64,000 bases of DNA from Nostoc sp. DedSLP01 (GCA_034530875.2 JAVRCJ020000010.1:96001-160000); one strand, 5' to 3'; positions 41,654 to 53,001 are shown, numbered from the stretch's first letter. Numbers and translations: made by a program. The notes: generated by a model from the sequence alone, not told the origin.

Positions 41654-42358
41654 ATGAAGTTAGATAAAAACCTCTCAATTATTGTTTTTAGTGCGATCGC
41701 TACGTTAGCTAGCACTGCTGTAATTACTGGTACTTATATTCCAGTAGCACAAGCACAATACAATCCCAACTATATTTTAGATCCGAGAGATATTGTTCTT
41801 AATGGAGGGTTTGAACTCGACCCACTGGTAGATCCGAATAATCCAAATACCACAAATCCTAATATCACAGGATGGACTAAATCTGGCGATCCGATAAATA
41901 CATCGGGGATTAGAATTAGCAATTTTCCTCAAAGTGGTAATCAGGGTCTATCGCTTGGTGGATTTGTAGACCTCAGCTACATATCGCAGACGCTTTCTAC
42001 ACAGCCCGGTCAGCAATACGAGCTTAGTTACTATCTAGCATCTATAGCTGAAGCTCCCGATCTTGATAATCAGTTTCAGGCTTTTTTAGGTGGAAATAAG
42101 ATTTTCGACCAAAATAATATTTCTTTTCAACCATACACGCCATATAAGTTCAATTTCACAGCAGATTCATCATCTACAGAGTTAAAGTTTGGCTCTGTAG
42201 ATAAATATGCTTTCTTATATTTAGATAATGTAAGTGTCAAACCTGTACCTGAGCCATCAATGATTGGAGGGATAGCAATTGCAGGAATAGTAGGAATTTG
42301 GTTGAAGAAAAAGCGATCGCTATCACCTGTTAACGAAGGCAGGAGGCCGTTTTTGTAA
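41654..42358 (+). CDS. PEP-CTERM protein with galactose-binding/DUF642-like domain
   Basis: NGGFE...LDNVSVKPVPEPSMIGGIAIAGIVGIWLKKKR. Confidence 0.85.
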   Translation: MKLDKNLSIIVFSAIATLASTAVITGTYIPVAQAQYNPNYILDPRDIVLNGGFELDPLVDPNNPNTTNPNITGWTKSGDPINTSGIRISNFPQSGNQGLSLGGFVDLSYISQTLSTQPGQQYELSYYLASIAEAPDLDNQFQAFLGGNKIFDQNNISFQPYTPYKFNFTADSSSTELKFGSVDKYAFLYLDNVSVKPVPEPSMIGGIAIAGIVGIWLKKKRSLSPVNEGRRPFL

Positions 42359-42430
42359 GAGGATTTATACTCCATTCCAAAAACTTTTCGCCTTAAAAAC
42401 GGAGGTTTTAGACCCGATTGTTTCGATAAA
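42330..42430 (+). repeat. ~100 bp dispersed repeat, copy A (possible IS-end remnant)
   Basis: ttaacgaaggc..ggaggccgtttttgtaa.gaggatttatac.cc.ttccaaaaacttt..ggttttaga.ccgattgtttcgataaa, also at 47847-47959. Confidence 0.8.
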
Positions 42431-42649
42431 CTGTCTAATTAACTGCGACTGCAAAACTTGTACTCAAGAGGCGAACTAGCACATCACGAACTATATTAAT
42501 TCTGCACGCCGCCATTACCCAACTTACTCAACAAGTGCTGATTGCTAGTGCCAGCCAAATGGAACAACAAATAGATGTGAATACAGGATAGGGTTTAGCA
42601 GTGCTAAACCCCAAGGCGCACAGCTAGCTGTGCGCCCTTACAACGTGGT

Positions 42650-42855
42650 CTATTTACGTGAAAGTTGCTGTAAACCTACTTTTTGCTTATGGAGTAGTAA
42701 AGTTATACCACCCACAATTAATATCGCAGGTATTGAATCTGATTCAGGAATTGGTGTAACTTGGCCTAAACCGCTTATTGTGTTGCTAAAACGGCCAAAA
42801 TCATTCTCTCGACGGCCAGTAGTAACTAAAAAGTATTTCGTACAGCAACTGAATC
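42650..42855 (-). pseudogene. 3' remnant of a PEP-CTERM-like gene
   Basis: The minus strand reads KYFLVTTGRRENDFGRFSNTISGLGQVTPIPESDSIPAILIVGGITLLLHKQK...stop, with an in-frame stop upstream and no start codon. Confidence 0.6.
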
Positions 42856-43253
42856 AAATTCAAAGTTTAAAAAGCATCCCTAAAATTGGTGTACCTCACT
42901 TACCTCAAAAGCGCTGTAGTTTGTGTAATTAGCTTACTTAAAGTGTCTCTATATTTATAGAAAGAGGAGATATATAGCTAATTTTTTAGCAAACAACAGC
43001 AATCATAGTTAGTATTTAAGTTAGATTGATTTGTAGTAAATAACCCTCCAATAGTAGCTTTTTTAATTTAAAAGTCTTATTAAAAGTCTTATTTATCTAA
43101 GCTTATAGTTATTTCTACTGACAAAAATACTATACCAGCTATTTTGGTATAAATCAATTTATTTATGCCATAAATATGTAAAAATTTGATGAATCAAGCT
43201 GAAGCATCGGTAATCTGAGGTTTATATTTTTTGGATAAAATGTAGCTTGGAAT

Positions 43254-44891
43254 TCACTTTTTAAACAGCCAAAATCCTCCGGAAGATATTAGTAACAACG
43301 GCGTCAACCAATCACCCCAACGCACATATAAAGTCTTTGTTTGTCGGCGATAAATTGTTTCGGCATGAGTTTCGTAAGTGTTATATCCAGATATCCACAA
43401 AGTTCTGCCGTGAGGATCTACAAAAGCTGAATATCCTGTATTCGTTGCTCGTGCCGACCATCTATCGGTTTCAATTGCTCGCATGATATCGTGTGCGTGA
43501 TGCTGGAATGGCATCCACCAAGTGTAATGAGCATCGTTAGAAGAACTGAGAATAAATTCTCCACCTCCCGCAGCTTGATAGCGGAATTGTTCGGGAAAAG
43601 CAGATTCATAACATATACTAGCGATCGCTCTCCCAAAAGGAGTGTTAAATACTTGATGTGCTGCACCCGCAACTTGATGTGCATCCAAAGGCGATAACCG
43701 CTGAACTATTGCGCCTAAAATTTCTTCAAAGGGAATATATTCTCCCAAAGGTACTAATTTCGCTTTGTCGTAGCGGCTGACAATTTCGCCTCGATTGTTA
43801 AAAGTAAACAAGCTAATTGTATAACTGCGCCCTGTTTCCCCAAAAGCTCCAATCCAAGCAACTACACCTTTTTCCTTCACTGCTGCGACTAAAGCAGTTG
43901 CCATCAAGTGACGCTCGAAAACAGGTAATGCTCCCTCTGCGGTGAGAACTGCATCTACACCTTGATTTGCTAAATTTATATATCCCTTAGTGTAGTTTTC
44001 TTCGGCGCGACGAAACCCTTCGGAACTCCGCAAAAGTCGGTTAGGAATATTACCTTGAACAATCCCGATTTTCAACGCCGCTTCTGGTGCTTGAACGATG
44101 GGACGGCTGTATAATATAAAACCTATTAAATGTAAAGTAATTAATATTCCGGCGGCAGTAGCAAAGTATTTATTAATGTACCGCCCAGGCGCAGACGGAA
44201 CTTCCTTTGTATCTACTGCACTTGTGTATTTTATCCATCCTTCAGCAATCAAACCATTGACAGCAACTATTGCCGCTGTCACAGTATTAGGCCCGGAGAG
44301 TTGACCAAGGTGTACAATTACGAGATTATGCGGACTTTGCGTGTAAGCCAGAGAACTCCACCACAAAGGGCCAGCACTCCACAGACTCTCTAAACCACAC
44401 CATACGGCTGTACCAATTAGTATACGCAGCCAAGATTTGCGATCGCTCAGGCGAACCATAACAGCCGCCCAAATACTCACAAATATGCCGCCTAAGGTAC
44501 TGATAAATCCCCAACAAAAAAGCGTAATTGCCAAACTCGGTAACCACGGTACGCCCAACCAAGTCATGGGATGAATCCCTGTAATCCACGAGAGGGCGAT
44601 ACCGTGATAAGCGATGCCCCAAGCTAAGGCAATTAAAAATTGAGAATTAAAAATTAAAAATGAAAATTTTTCTCCTGAATTTTTAATTTTTAATTTTTCA
44701 TTTTTAATTATGAGAACCCAGAGGGGGGCTAGGGCAATCCAAGCGAGGAACCATGCGCCGACGGGGGCGACGGTCACCCCCATCAAAACACCGCTGGCTA
44801 AGGCAATCAACCAAGGAAGTAGGGAGGTTAATTTCTCCCCCTGCTTCCTTTGCTCCCCCTGCTTTTTACTCAGCTTCTTCTGCATCGCCAC
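43254..44891 (-). CDS. lnt: Apolipoprotein N-acyltransferase
   Basis: [24 protein letters not shown] and RATNTG motifs; overlaps the gyrA stop. Confidence 0.95.
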   Translation of the reverse strand: MAMQKKLSKKQGEQRKQGEKLTSLLPWLIALASGVLMGVTVAPVGAWFLAWIALAPLWVLIIKNEKLKIKNSGEKFSFLIFNSQFLIALAWGIAYHGIALSWITGIHPMTWLGVPWLPSLAITLFCWGFISTLGGIFVSIWAAVMVRLSDRKSWLRILIGTAVWCGLESLWSAGPLWWSSLAYTQSPHNLVIVHLGQLSGPNTVTAAIVAVNGLIAEGWIKYTSAVDTKEVPSAPGRYINKYFATAAGILITLHLIGFILYSRPIVQAPEAALKIGIVQGNIPNRLLRSSEGFRRAEENYTKGYINLANQGVDAVLTAEGALPVFERHLMATALVAAVKEKGVVAWIGAFGETGRSYTISLFTFNNRGEIVSRYDKAKLVPLGEYIPFEEILGAIVQRLSPLDAHQVAGAAHQVFNTPFGRAIASICYESAFPEQFRYQAAGGGEFILSSSNDAHYTWWMPFQHHAHDIMRAIETDRWSARATNTGYSAFVDPHGRTLWISGYNTYETHAETIYRRQTKTLYVRWGDWLTPLLLISSGGFWLFKK

Positions 44892-47454
44892 TATCAGGTG
44901 GAACTACTGCCACTCCGGTAATGGCGTCGTCTTCATCTAAACGTTGCACTCTTACCCCAGTTGCCGATCGCGATTGTACGGAAATTGCATTCACAGCTTG
45001 CCGAATGATAATACCGCGATTGGTGACCATCATGATTTCGTCGTCATCGTTGTTCACAATGCGTAGAGTTGCTAACTGGTCTTTGGTTTTGCGGTTTTTG
45101 AATTTGGTCGCCATTAAACCTTGTCCGGCACGGTTTTGCAAGCGGAATTGACCGACTGGTACGCGCTTTCCATATCCTCCCATCGTAATTACCAATACCC
45201 AAGGGCCGACACTGCCGTTGCTTGGTACTTCTGCGGATTCTTCATTGATTTCGATTTCTTCGGTTTCAATTTCTTCAACTTCGGCTTCTGTACTAGTATC
45301 CAAAGTCTCAAGAATTGCCGCAGGCAGAATATCCATACCTACCAATTCATCTTTATTTTTCAACTTCATGGCTTTCACCCCACGAGTCGCCCTACCTAAA
45401 GGACGCAGTTGTTCGTGGTTACACCGGAAGTGAATCGCCATTCCATGACGAGAACCAATAATTACGCTGTCTTCGACTCTGGCGCGTCGTACCCAGCGGA
45501 GTTGGTCGCCTTCTTCTAAGGAAATAGCAATTAAGCCATTGGCGCGAATGCTGCTAAAGGCTGCCAATTCAGTTTTCTTGATATTACCGCCCTTGGTGAG
45601 CATCACCAAATATTCTTCGTTGCTGAATTCGTCAACGGGTACGATGGAGGTAATTTTCTCTTCCTTGGGAATGGGTAACATTTGGACGATGGGCGTACCG
45701 CGACTGGTACGGGAACCCACAGGAATTTGATAAGCTTTCAGGCAGTAAACTACGCCGCGTTCGCTAAAGAATAGAACGCTGTCGTGGTCGCAGCAAGTTA
45801 AGAAATGCTCAACGGTGTCATCATCTTTCACCTTGGCTGCGGCTTTACCTCTGGTAGCACGGCTTTGGGCTTCAAAGGTGTTAACGGGCATCCGTTTAAT
45901 GTAGCCTTGCTCTGTCAGTAAAATTACGGCTTTTTCGTTGGCAATTAAGTCGCGTTCGTCGATTTCGCCTTCCCCTGGTAGAATTACCGTGCGTCGGGGC
46001 GTGGCGAACTTAGTTTTCAGTTCGGTGACTTCGGTTTCAATGATTTCTAATACCCTCTGCCGCCGTGCCAAAATATCCTGCAAGTCGGCAATTTTGGCTT
46101 GTAAATCTTCGTGTTCCAGACGAATTTTGTCTGCTTCTAAGGCAGTCAACCGCCGTAATTGCATTTGCAAAATCGCATCTGCTTGCACTTCAGAAAGCCC
46201 GTAAGTTGCGATCAACTCGCCTTTGGCTGTGGGTGCATCCGGTGCATGGCGAATCAAATTAATAATTGCATCTAAGTGCGATAGGGCAATCAATAACCCT
46301 TGTAAAATGTGGTCGCGTTCCTCAGCTTTTCGCAGTTCGTAGCGGGTGCGTCTGGCAATGGATTCGATGCGGAAATCTAGGAAGACGCTTAAGAACTGTT
46401 TGAGGGTGAGTACTTGGGGTTCGCTATTCACCAACGCCAGCATGTTGGCGCCGAAGTTGGCTTGCAGCGGTGTTTGTTTGTAGAGGTTGTTCAAAACGAC
46501 GCGGGGATAAGCATCGCGCTTGAGTTCGATGACAATCCGCATTCCGTCGCGATCGCTTTCATCTCGGATATCTGCGATGCCCTCTAGCCGCTTTTCATTG
46601 ACCATTTCGGCGATTTTTTCAATTAGCGCCGCTTTGTTGGTTTGATAGGGCAATTCGGTGATGATGATTGCTTCTCGATCTGGGCGTCCCCGTTGTTCGA
46701 CGGTTTCAATGGTGGCGACGCCGCGCATGGTAATCGAACCGCGCCCGGTGGTGAAAGCTTCCCGAATGGCAGATGTCCCCAAAATTTGGGCCCCTGTGGG
46801 AAAGTCGGGGCCGTGGACATAGTGCATTAATTCAAGATCCGTAATTTCTGGATTGTGAATTAGTGCTACCAAGCCGTCAATTAATTCCCCCAAGTTGTGC
46901 GGTGGAATGTTGGTTGCCATGCCCACGGCAATCCCAGAAGAACCGTTAAGCAGTAATTGGGGAACTCGGGCTGGTAGGACTGTCGGTTCTTGCTGGGAAC
47001 CGTCGAAGTTATCAGCAAAGTCTACGGTTTCTGATTCAATATCGTGCAATAAGCCAGCAGAAGTTAAAGCCTGCAAGCGGCATTCTGTGTATCGCATCGC
47101 GGCTGGGGGATCGTTATCCACCGAACCGAAGTTACCATGCCCGTCAACTAAAGGCGATCGCATGGAAAAATCCTGCGCCATCCGCACCAAGGCATCATAC
47201 ACAGCCGTGTCGCCGTGGGGGTGATATTTACCCAATACTTCCCCCACCACACGGGCACATTTTTTAAACGGGCGATCGTGCAGCAAACCTAGCTCGTGCA
47301 TTGCGTAGAGAATGCGACGATGCACAGGTTTTAGACCATCCCTCGCATCTGGCAGCGCCCGACCCACTATCACGCTCATGGCGTATTCCAGATAAGACTG
47401 CGACATTTCGTTTCGCAAGTCTGTCGGGATAATCCTCTCCTGTGAGGTTGTCAT
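44866..47454 (-). CDS. gyrA: DNA gyrase subunit A
   Basis: [29 protein letters not shown], GyrA-box QSRATRG, C-terminal pinwheel repeats. Confidence 0.98.
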   Translation of the reverse strand: MTTSQERIIPTDLRNEMSQSYLEYAMSVIVGRALPDARDGLKPVHRRILYAMHELGLLHDRPFKKCARVVGEVLGKYHPHGDTAVYDALVRMAQDFSMRSPLVDGHGNFGSVDNDPPAAMRYTECRLQALTSAGLLHDIESETVDFADNFDGSQQEPTVLPARVPQLLLNGSSGIAVGMATNIPPHNLGELIDGLVALIHNPEITDLELMHYVHGPDFPTGAQILGTSAIREAFTTGRGSITMRGVATIETVEQRGRPDREAIIITELPYQTNKAALIEKIAEMVNEKRLEGIADIRDESDRDGMRIVIELKRDAYPRVVLNNLYKQTPLQANFGANMLALVNSEPQVLTLKQFLSVFLDFRIESIARRTRYELRKAEERDHILQGLLIALSHLDAIINLIRHAPDAPTAKGELIATYGLSEVQADAILQMQLRRLTALEADKIRLEHEDLQAKIADLQDILARRQRVLEIIETEVTELKTKFATPRRTVILPGEGEIDERDLIANEKAVILLTEQGYIKRMPVNTFEAQSRATRGKAAAKVKDDDTVEHFLTCCDHDSVLFFSERGVVYCLKAYQIPVGSRTSRGTPIVQMLPIPKEEKITSIVPVDEFSNEEYLVMLTKGGNIKKTELAAFSSIRANGLIAISLEEGDQLRWVRRARVEDSVIIGSRHGMAIHFRCNHEQLRPLGRATRGVKAMKLKNKDELVGMDILPAAILETLDTSTEAEVEEIETEEIEINEESAEVPSNGSVGPWVLVITMGGYGKRVPVGQFRLQNRAGQGLMATKFKNRKTKDQLATLRIVNNDDDEIMMVTNRGIIIRQAVNAISVQSRSATGVRVQRLDEDDAITGVAVVPPDSGDAEEAE

Positions 47455-47846
47455 AACCTAAAAATCTCCAAAAATCGTAGATTTTAGCTTTTTTACTCGA
47501 CACAGCACAAAATTATTCTAAATTGCTCTTGAATAATTGCCATAATCTGATATAATTCTAGCATGTATTGCCTTGTCCTGCCTGGATAACTAATTCAAGG
47601 ATCTAAGCAAAATTTAGTACAAAAATATACTTAGATAAAATACAATGCCTGAGCTACAAGGTATTCTAATTAAGAATTTAATTAAGTAAATTAGTTGCAT
47701 TAAGATTTAATTAGGTAAAATAACTTACCCAGATTAATTAGTTGAATTATTTACAGAAACTACTTAATATCTAATGTGGTGAATTAGACTTTCTTATTTA
47801 AAACATTCTCATTAATTACTCTCTTCATAGCAGAGCGTAGCCCATT

Positions 47847-47959
47847 TTAACGAAGGCAGCGGGCAGTTCTTGCTGGAGGCCGTTTTTGTAACGAGGATTT
47901 ATACCCCGTTCCAAAAACTTTGGACGAAGTAAGGTTTTAGAGCCGATTGTTTCGATAAA
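47847..47959 (+). repeat. ~110 bp dispersed repeat, copy B
   Basis: Direct repeat of 42330-42430 with a 17-nt insertion; followed by aagccccg...cttcggggaa (47980-48043). Confidence 0.8.
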
Positions 47960-48052
47960 TTGCGAATTACAAATTGATTTAAGCCCCGAGATAGTGTATA
48001 CCTTGGAACTAAAAAATTTAAGCTTGGCGTATGACTTCGGGGAAATAAATTT

Positions 48053-48256
48053 ATGAATAAGGAAACAGTTCCTAGTCAAGCTGAAAAGATGAATCCAGAA
48101 AGCGATCCATCACAATTAAGTCCAGAAGTACTTGACAAAATTAAACATCCTCCGAAAATGGACGATGTGATTCGCGAGCAATCACCGGACGAACGCAAAG
48201 CTAACCCAGCTTTAGTACCGGAAATGCTAGACCAACCAATTGAGGAATTGACTTAA
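48053..48256 (+). CDS. Small acidic Pro-rich hypothetical protein
   Basis: 67 aa ATG ORF with protein-like composition, converging on a terminator. Confidence 0.6.
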   Translation: MNKETVPSQAEKMNPESDPSQLSPEVLDKIKHPPKMDDVIREQSPDERKANPALVPEMLDQPIEELT

Positions 48257-48320
48257 TTTGCCAAAAATAGCGATGCACATCAAAGTTTAACTTGCGATCG
48301 CCAAAGTTTTAAATTTGGGG

Positions 48321-48356
48321 CATCTTTTCCGTCCATAATCAAGGGCGGAAAAGATG
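48321..48356. terminator. Hairpin between convergent genes
   Basis: catcttttccgtcc-ataatcaa-gggcggaaaagatg. Confidence 0.7.
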
Positions 48357-48380
48357 TCGAACCCAACAAAAAAAATCGCA

Positions 48381-49265
48381 CTATTTTGCTAGTACAACTT
48401 CATCAAACGCAGTATTTACAGACACATCCTTCCAAGCATCTAGTTCCGTCTTCACCGATTCTAGTTTGGCGTTAATAGCATTCATTGCATCTTCTCCTAA
48501 CGCCAATCTGAGTGGTGGCTTATCGCTATTAACTGCTTTAATCATTGCCAAAGCTGCTTTTTTGGGATCGCCTGGTTCCTGAAATTCCAATTTTCCATCT
48601 AAGATAGCCTGGGCACCTTGACGCATCTCACCAATTACTGTTTCATAGTCCTGAATTTCATTATCAGATATAACAAGAGAACGCGTCACAAAATCTGTAC
48701 GAAATGCACCAGGTTCAACTATTGTGATTTTAATACCTAGAGGTGCAACTTCCTGAGCTAATGCTTCAGAAATTCCTTCAATGGCAAATTTGGAACCATT
48801 ATAAATTCCCGTACCAGCATAGCCCACAAAGCCACCCACTGATGAAATATTAATGATGTGTCCGCCGCGTTGCTTTCGCATATAAGGTAGTACTGTCCGT
48901 AGCACTTCCAAGACACCAAAAAAGTTTGTTTCAAACTGATGGCGAACTCCTTCATTGCTGACTTCTTCGATTGCTCCTAAAATGCCATATCCAGCATTAT
49001 TAACAAGTACATCAATGCGTCCAAATTTGGTAATTGCTTGTTTTACCGCTTCTTGCACTTCTTCAGGTTTTGTGACATCAAGTTGCACCGTTAATGTATG
49101 TTCTGGAAAGCGTTTTGCTAAATCTTCTATTAACTTTGGATTTCTAGCAGTTAGCACTACAATTTCACCCTGCTCAAGCACTGTTTCTGCTAATGCTCGG
49201 CCAAAGCCTTTTGAAGTACCAGTAATAAACCATACTCGCGTATCTGGAACTGAAGATTTTACCAT
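48381..49265 (-). CDS. SDR oxidoreductase
   Basis: WFITGTSKGFG, NNAG, YNGSK, GDP.KAA, PLRLALG. Confidence 0.93.
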   Translation of the reverse strand: MVKSSVPDTRVWFITGTSKGFGRALAETVLEQGEIVVLTARNPKLIEDLAKRFPEHTLTVQLDVTKPEEVQEAVKQAITKFGRIDVLVNNAGYGILGAIEEVSNEGVRHQFETNFFGVLEVLRTVLPYMRKQRGGHIINISSVGGFVGYAGTGIYNGSKFAIEGISEALAQEVAPLGIKITIVEPGAFRTDFVTRSLVISDNEIQDYETVIGEMRQGAQAILDGKLEFQEPGDPKKAALAMIKAVNSDKPPLRLALGEDAMNAINAKLESVKTELDAWKDVSVNTAFDEVVLAK

Positions 49266-49324
49266 CAAAATTTCCCCTTACTTTTTTGTTCTGACTTGTG
49301 AATTTTTCTTCAAACACACATCTA

Positions 49325-49549
49325 CTAGATGTTGTCAGATGTTTCCTGCATCTTTTTGCGAAGGCTAAGGGGTCTCATGTCAGTCCAGACTTCTTTGATG
49401 TAATCCAGACATTCTTGCTTCAAACCATTTTTACCAACATCTTTCCAACCAATAGGGTTTTCGCGGTCAGATGGCCAAATGGAATATTGTTCTTCGTGAT
49501 TAACTACAACTTTGTAGATTGTCGTGTCTTCTTTGTCGTCTTGATACAT
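49325..49549 (-). CDS. mbtH: MbtH-like protein
   Basis: [12 protein letters not shown]...P.GW...[18 protein letters not shown]. Confidence 0.97.
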   Translation of the reverse strand: MYQDDKEDTTIYKVVVNHEEQYSIWPSDRENPIGWKDVGKNGLKQECLDYIKEVWTDMRPLSLRKKMQETSDNI

Positions 49550-49661
49550 AATTGACCTGTTGATTTGAATTAATTAAACTTTTAATTTTGGACAAACTTT
49601 AGTTGATTAAACTGAATAAATACTCAACAAAATATCATTTTTTAATAATTCTTGAATATAT

Positions 49662-51032
49662 CTATTTAGTAACTTCAATTGTTAGAGAATTTAAAGATTG
49701 AAACTCTAAAACTGTTAATATGAATACAATTAACATAAACACAACATCTGCAAACAGCATACCATAATATATGCCTCGGACTGCTGCAAGTTTTGAAAAA
49801 AATAGTACCATCGGTACAGTTAAAATTATACTCCTTAATAAGATTACTATTAACACAGTTTTACCTTTGCCTATAGATAAAAAAAGAGTATTACTGAAGT
49901 ATGCTAAAGGCCATATTGGTATTAAAATAATAAGAATTATAAAATTAATGACATCATTTTCTGTAAAAATAACATCTGGGAGAATTATACTCAAAAATGT
50001 TTTTGGAAAAATTAGTAAAGGTAACCAAATAAATATTGATAAAATGGTTCCAATGATTGCAAAAGTTAAGTATGCTTTTTTGAGTCTTGCATAATTTTGT
50101 GCGCCATAGTTCATGCCAATTATAGGTTGTAATGCTTGGGCAAACCCAATGATAGGAATAAATACAAATGAAGATACTTTTACAGTTGCACCAAAGAAAG
50201 CAATATCAGTACTTTTTCCGTAGTTAGAAATTAAATTAAAAACGACGAAATCTTGTAGCAATATAGTCAATGGATAAAATAATTCTGATATTCCAACAGA
50301 TAAGATTCTACCAATTATGTGCGTGGCGATCGCTGGTTTTTTTAGATTAACTGAAATAGTACTCTTACCCAAAATAAAATAAGTTAAATTTGCAAAGCTA
50401 TAAACAATCATTGCTATAACTGTGGCTATAGCAATACCTTGAGTTCCCCAATGAAATAGATTCGTAAATATATAATTGAGTAAAATATTAACAATAACAA
50501 ACAGCCAGTCAAATACTGTAGTTAATTTAATTTTTCCTTCTGATTTGATGACACGACTGCAAGCTTCCGCGAGGATTAAAAATATTGAACCTAGTACATA
50601 AGTACGAAAATATGTTGTGCCTTCTAAAGCAACTTCACCACTTCCTCCCATCAATACAATTAATTCTTCAGCAAAGCTGTAACCAATAATTGTGATGAGA
50701 AATGAAACTATAACACTCATCACTATTAAATTACTAAATATTTTCGACTGAGTTTTAATATCCCCAGAACCAATCGCACGACTGAGAACAGAAGCAGAAC
50801 CCACCCCAATAGATAAAGCAAATCCATTTATTATGCCTGTAAGTGGCAGTGCAATTGAGATACCAGCCAAAGCATTTTCACCAATGAACCTCCCTGCAAA
50901 TAAAGCATCAATAAAAGTGTTTAAACTTAGCATCAATACTCCCAGAGTACTTGGTATTGATAACTTGAACATCAATTTAATCAGATTACCTTCAAGGATT
51001 TCATTTGTGATTTGAGATTGTTGTGAAGTCAT
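49662..51032 (-). CDS. MATE family efflux transporter
   Basis: About 12 TM; DALFAGRFIGENALAG, QPIIGMNYGA. Confidence 0.92.
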   Translation of the reverse strand: MTSQQSQITNEILEGNLIKLMFKLSIPSTLGVLMLSLNTFIDALFAGRFIGENALAGISIALPLTGIINGFALSIGVGSASVLSRAIGSGDIKTQSKIFSNLIVMSVIVSFLITIIGYSFAEELIVLMGGSGEVALEGTTYFRTYVLGSIFLILAEACSRVIKSEGKIKLTTVFDWLFVIVNILLNYIFTNLFHWGTQGIAIATVIAMIVYSFANLTYFILGKSTISVNLKKPAIATHIIGRILSVGISELFYPLTILLQDFVVFNLISNYGKSTDIAFFGATVKVSSFVFIPIIGFAQALQPIIGMNYGAQNYARLKKAYLTFAIIGTILSIFIWLPLLIFPKTFLSIILPDVIFTENDVINFIILIILIPIWPLAYFSNTLFLSIGKGKTVLIVILLRSIILTVPMVLFFSKLAAVRGIYYGMLFADVVFMLIVFILTVLEFQSLNSLTIEVTK

Positions 51033-51057
51033 TTTTTAGTTTTCAGTTCGTTACTAT

Positions 51058-52074
51058 TTACTCAACCTTCGCCAAACGGCTAACGCGATACTGCTTCACT
51101 GTTTCTAACTCCATCTCTGTTGCTGAACTAAATGCACTCATCACCTCACCACAAACTTCTACTCTGGCTTCATAAGCACCTGATATACTGTTATCTGGAA
51201 GTGCAAAATCAATCCGAACTTCTGCCCAATTTGCATCGTTTTCCATCGCTAATACTTGGCCAGCTTTCCAATAATTTAGCCAATTCCAACCAGACTGCAT
51301 CCAAATTTCTCGCTCAGCAATTTGCTCAAATTTGTCGAGACCAGTCCATCCTCGATAATATTGGCGCAAACCAGAAACTGAGCTATTTCGCTTCACTAAT
51401 AAATCCAATACATCTACTTCTAAATGTCCCCACAAGCGTCCTTCAGGTAAATCAACTAAAGTAGGGGCAAATTGATGCCCTCCAAAGTGAGTTGTTCGCC
51501 ACACTCGTAATTTTCCTTTAGAAGCAGGAGCATAAACTTTACGTAATTGCCAATATATAGGAGTCCCAAATCTCCCACAAGCAAGGTCAACTTGAGCATG
51601 GGTGCAAACCATTAGTTCGCGAATGTGACTTGTTTGTTGTTGATATTGCTGAAATTCTGATAAATCGTTGGGTTGTTGCATTAACTTCTGAAATATTGCT
51701 GTGACTAAAGCAGCAGCTTTATTTACTGGAACAACAAACTCTTGTTTTTGAAATTCAGCAAACAGTTTTGCAGGTCGATAATAGTAGAAAATGCGGGTCA
51801 AGCTGGGATGAGAATACTCTCGGTCAGGAGCAATTAGCATCGGTTTTAACTTGATTCCATGCTGAAAAATTAACTCTTGAAATAAACCCATCAATGGCTT
51901 GGTAATCGGATTTTCTGCAAATATTTCTGGCGACCAAGGTTGTGGAACTTCCATAATCAACCAATACTCCCAAGTATCTGCTGTCCCAATTGGATCTTCT
52001 TCATTAGCTTTAGAAACTAACGAACAAAATCGGCAGTTAATAGGGTTAATTTGGTCAATATTTTTAGTTAGCAT
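51058..52074 (-). CDS. Sucrase/ferredoxin-like [2Fe-2S] protein
   Basis: VCTH..VD.ACG.FG and HFGGHQFAPT. Confidence 0.88.
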   Translation of the reverse strand: MLTKNIDQINPINCRFCSLVSKANEEDPIGTADTWEYWLIMEVPQPWSPEIFAENPITKPLMGLFQELIFQHGIKLKPMLIAPDREYSHPSLTRIFYYYRPAKLFAEFQKQEFVVPVNKAAALVTAIFQKLMQQPNDLSEFQQYQQQTSHIRELMVCTHAQVDLACGRFGTPIYWQLRKVYAPASKGKLRVWRTTHFGGHQFAPTLVDLPEGRLWGHLEVDVLDLLVKRNSSVSGLRQYYRGWTGLDKFEQIAEREIWMQSGWNWLNYWKAGQVLAMENDANWAEVRIDFALPDNSISGAYEARVEVCGEVMSAFSSATEMELETVKQYRVSRLAKVE

Positions 52075-52113
52075 TTTTCTATTTATATTATAGTTCTATT
52101 AAAAAATCAAATA

Positions 52114-53001
52114 CTAATCAAGTTCCATTCCTTTTCGTATATCCCGATAAAAATTGTCATAAAAGTATTGGTGCGGCACTAATCTTTTATACAAAGCATA
52201 TAGAGTAAGGCGCAATGATGATTGCACGACAAAATATTGTCTTTTGGGTTTGCGAGCTTCCAAAGCCTGCAAAATTGTATTTGCCACTTTTTCCGCTGGT
52301 AACCCTGCACTGCGATTATCTTCTACCGAACCTTGCATATATATTTTGTAATTCTTGCCATATATCGCTTTAATTTCTGGTGACATATCCGCTAATGTTT
52401 GTTGATAACTAGCTTCTATTTTGTCAGCCTGTTCTGGTGTTATTATTCCTGCTGGCAATATGGAAATAACTTCAACTCCAGTAGAAAATAATTCCATTCG
52501 TAAAGAATCAGTAATGGCTTCGATCGCAAATTTTGAAGCAGATAACATACTTCTATAAGGTAGAGCTAATCTACCACAAATTGCACTGATATTAAGGATG
52601 CGACCTTTGGCTTGTCTAATCAATGGTAAGAATGCTTGCGTCACAGCAATTTGCCCAACAACATTAACTTCAAAATTAAATCTAACGTCATCTATTGGAA
52701 TACATTCCAAAGGCCCATCTACGGCTACAACTGCGTTATTAATTAAGGCGAATAATCCTTCTTCACCAACTGCAAGCGAAACAAACTCTGTAGCAGATTT
52801 AATTTCTTCCGCTTTTGTGATGTCCATAATAATTGGTGTCAAATTACCAGATGCAGCTTGCTTTAGTGAGTGTGCATCTTTCTCGCTGCGGACTCCAGCA
52901 AAAACGCGATATCCTTGTTTGGCTAATAAAAGTGCAGTTGCTCGACCTAAACCTGTGGATGTTCCTGTGATAACGACTGCACCTTTATGACTCTGATTCA
53001 T
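52114..53001 (-). CDS. SDR-fold protein with atypical active site
   Basis: TGTSTGLG Rossmann motif; LSASK where YxxxK is expected. Confidence 0.85.
   Translation of the reverse strand: MNQSHKGAVVITGTSTGLGRATALLLAKQGYRVFAGVRSEKDAHSLKQAASGNLTPIIMDITKAEEIKSATEFVSLAVGEEGLFALINNAVVAVDGPLECIPIDDVRFNFEVNVVGQIAVTQAFLPLIRQAKGRILNISAICGRLALPYRSMLSASKFAIEAITDSLRMELFSTGVEVISILPAGIITPEQADKIEASYQQTLADMSPEIKAIYGKNYKIYMQGSVEDNRSAGLPAEKVANTILQALEARKPKRQYFVVQSSLRLTLYALYKRLVPHQYFYDNFYRDIRKGMELD

Noticed and set aside
42630..42932. 100 aa + strand ORF
   Set aside because: It starts inside a palindromic repeat and is the reverse of a PEP-CTERM remnant.
47825..48079. 84 aa minus-strand ORF as a transposase
   Set aside because: It spans the dispersed repeat and has no HUH, DDE or RuvC motifs.
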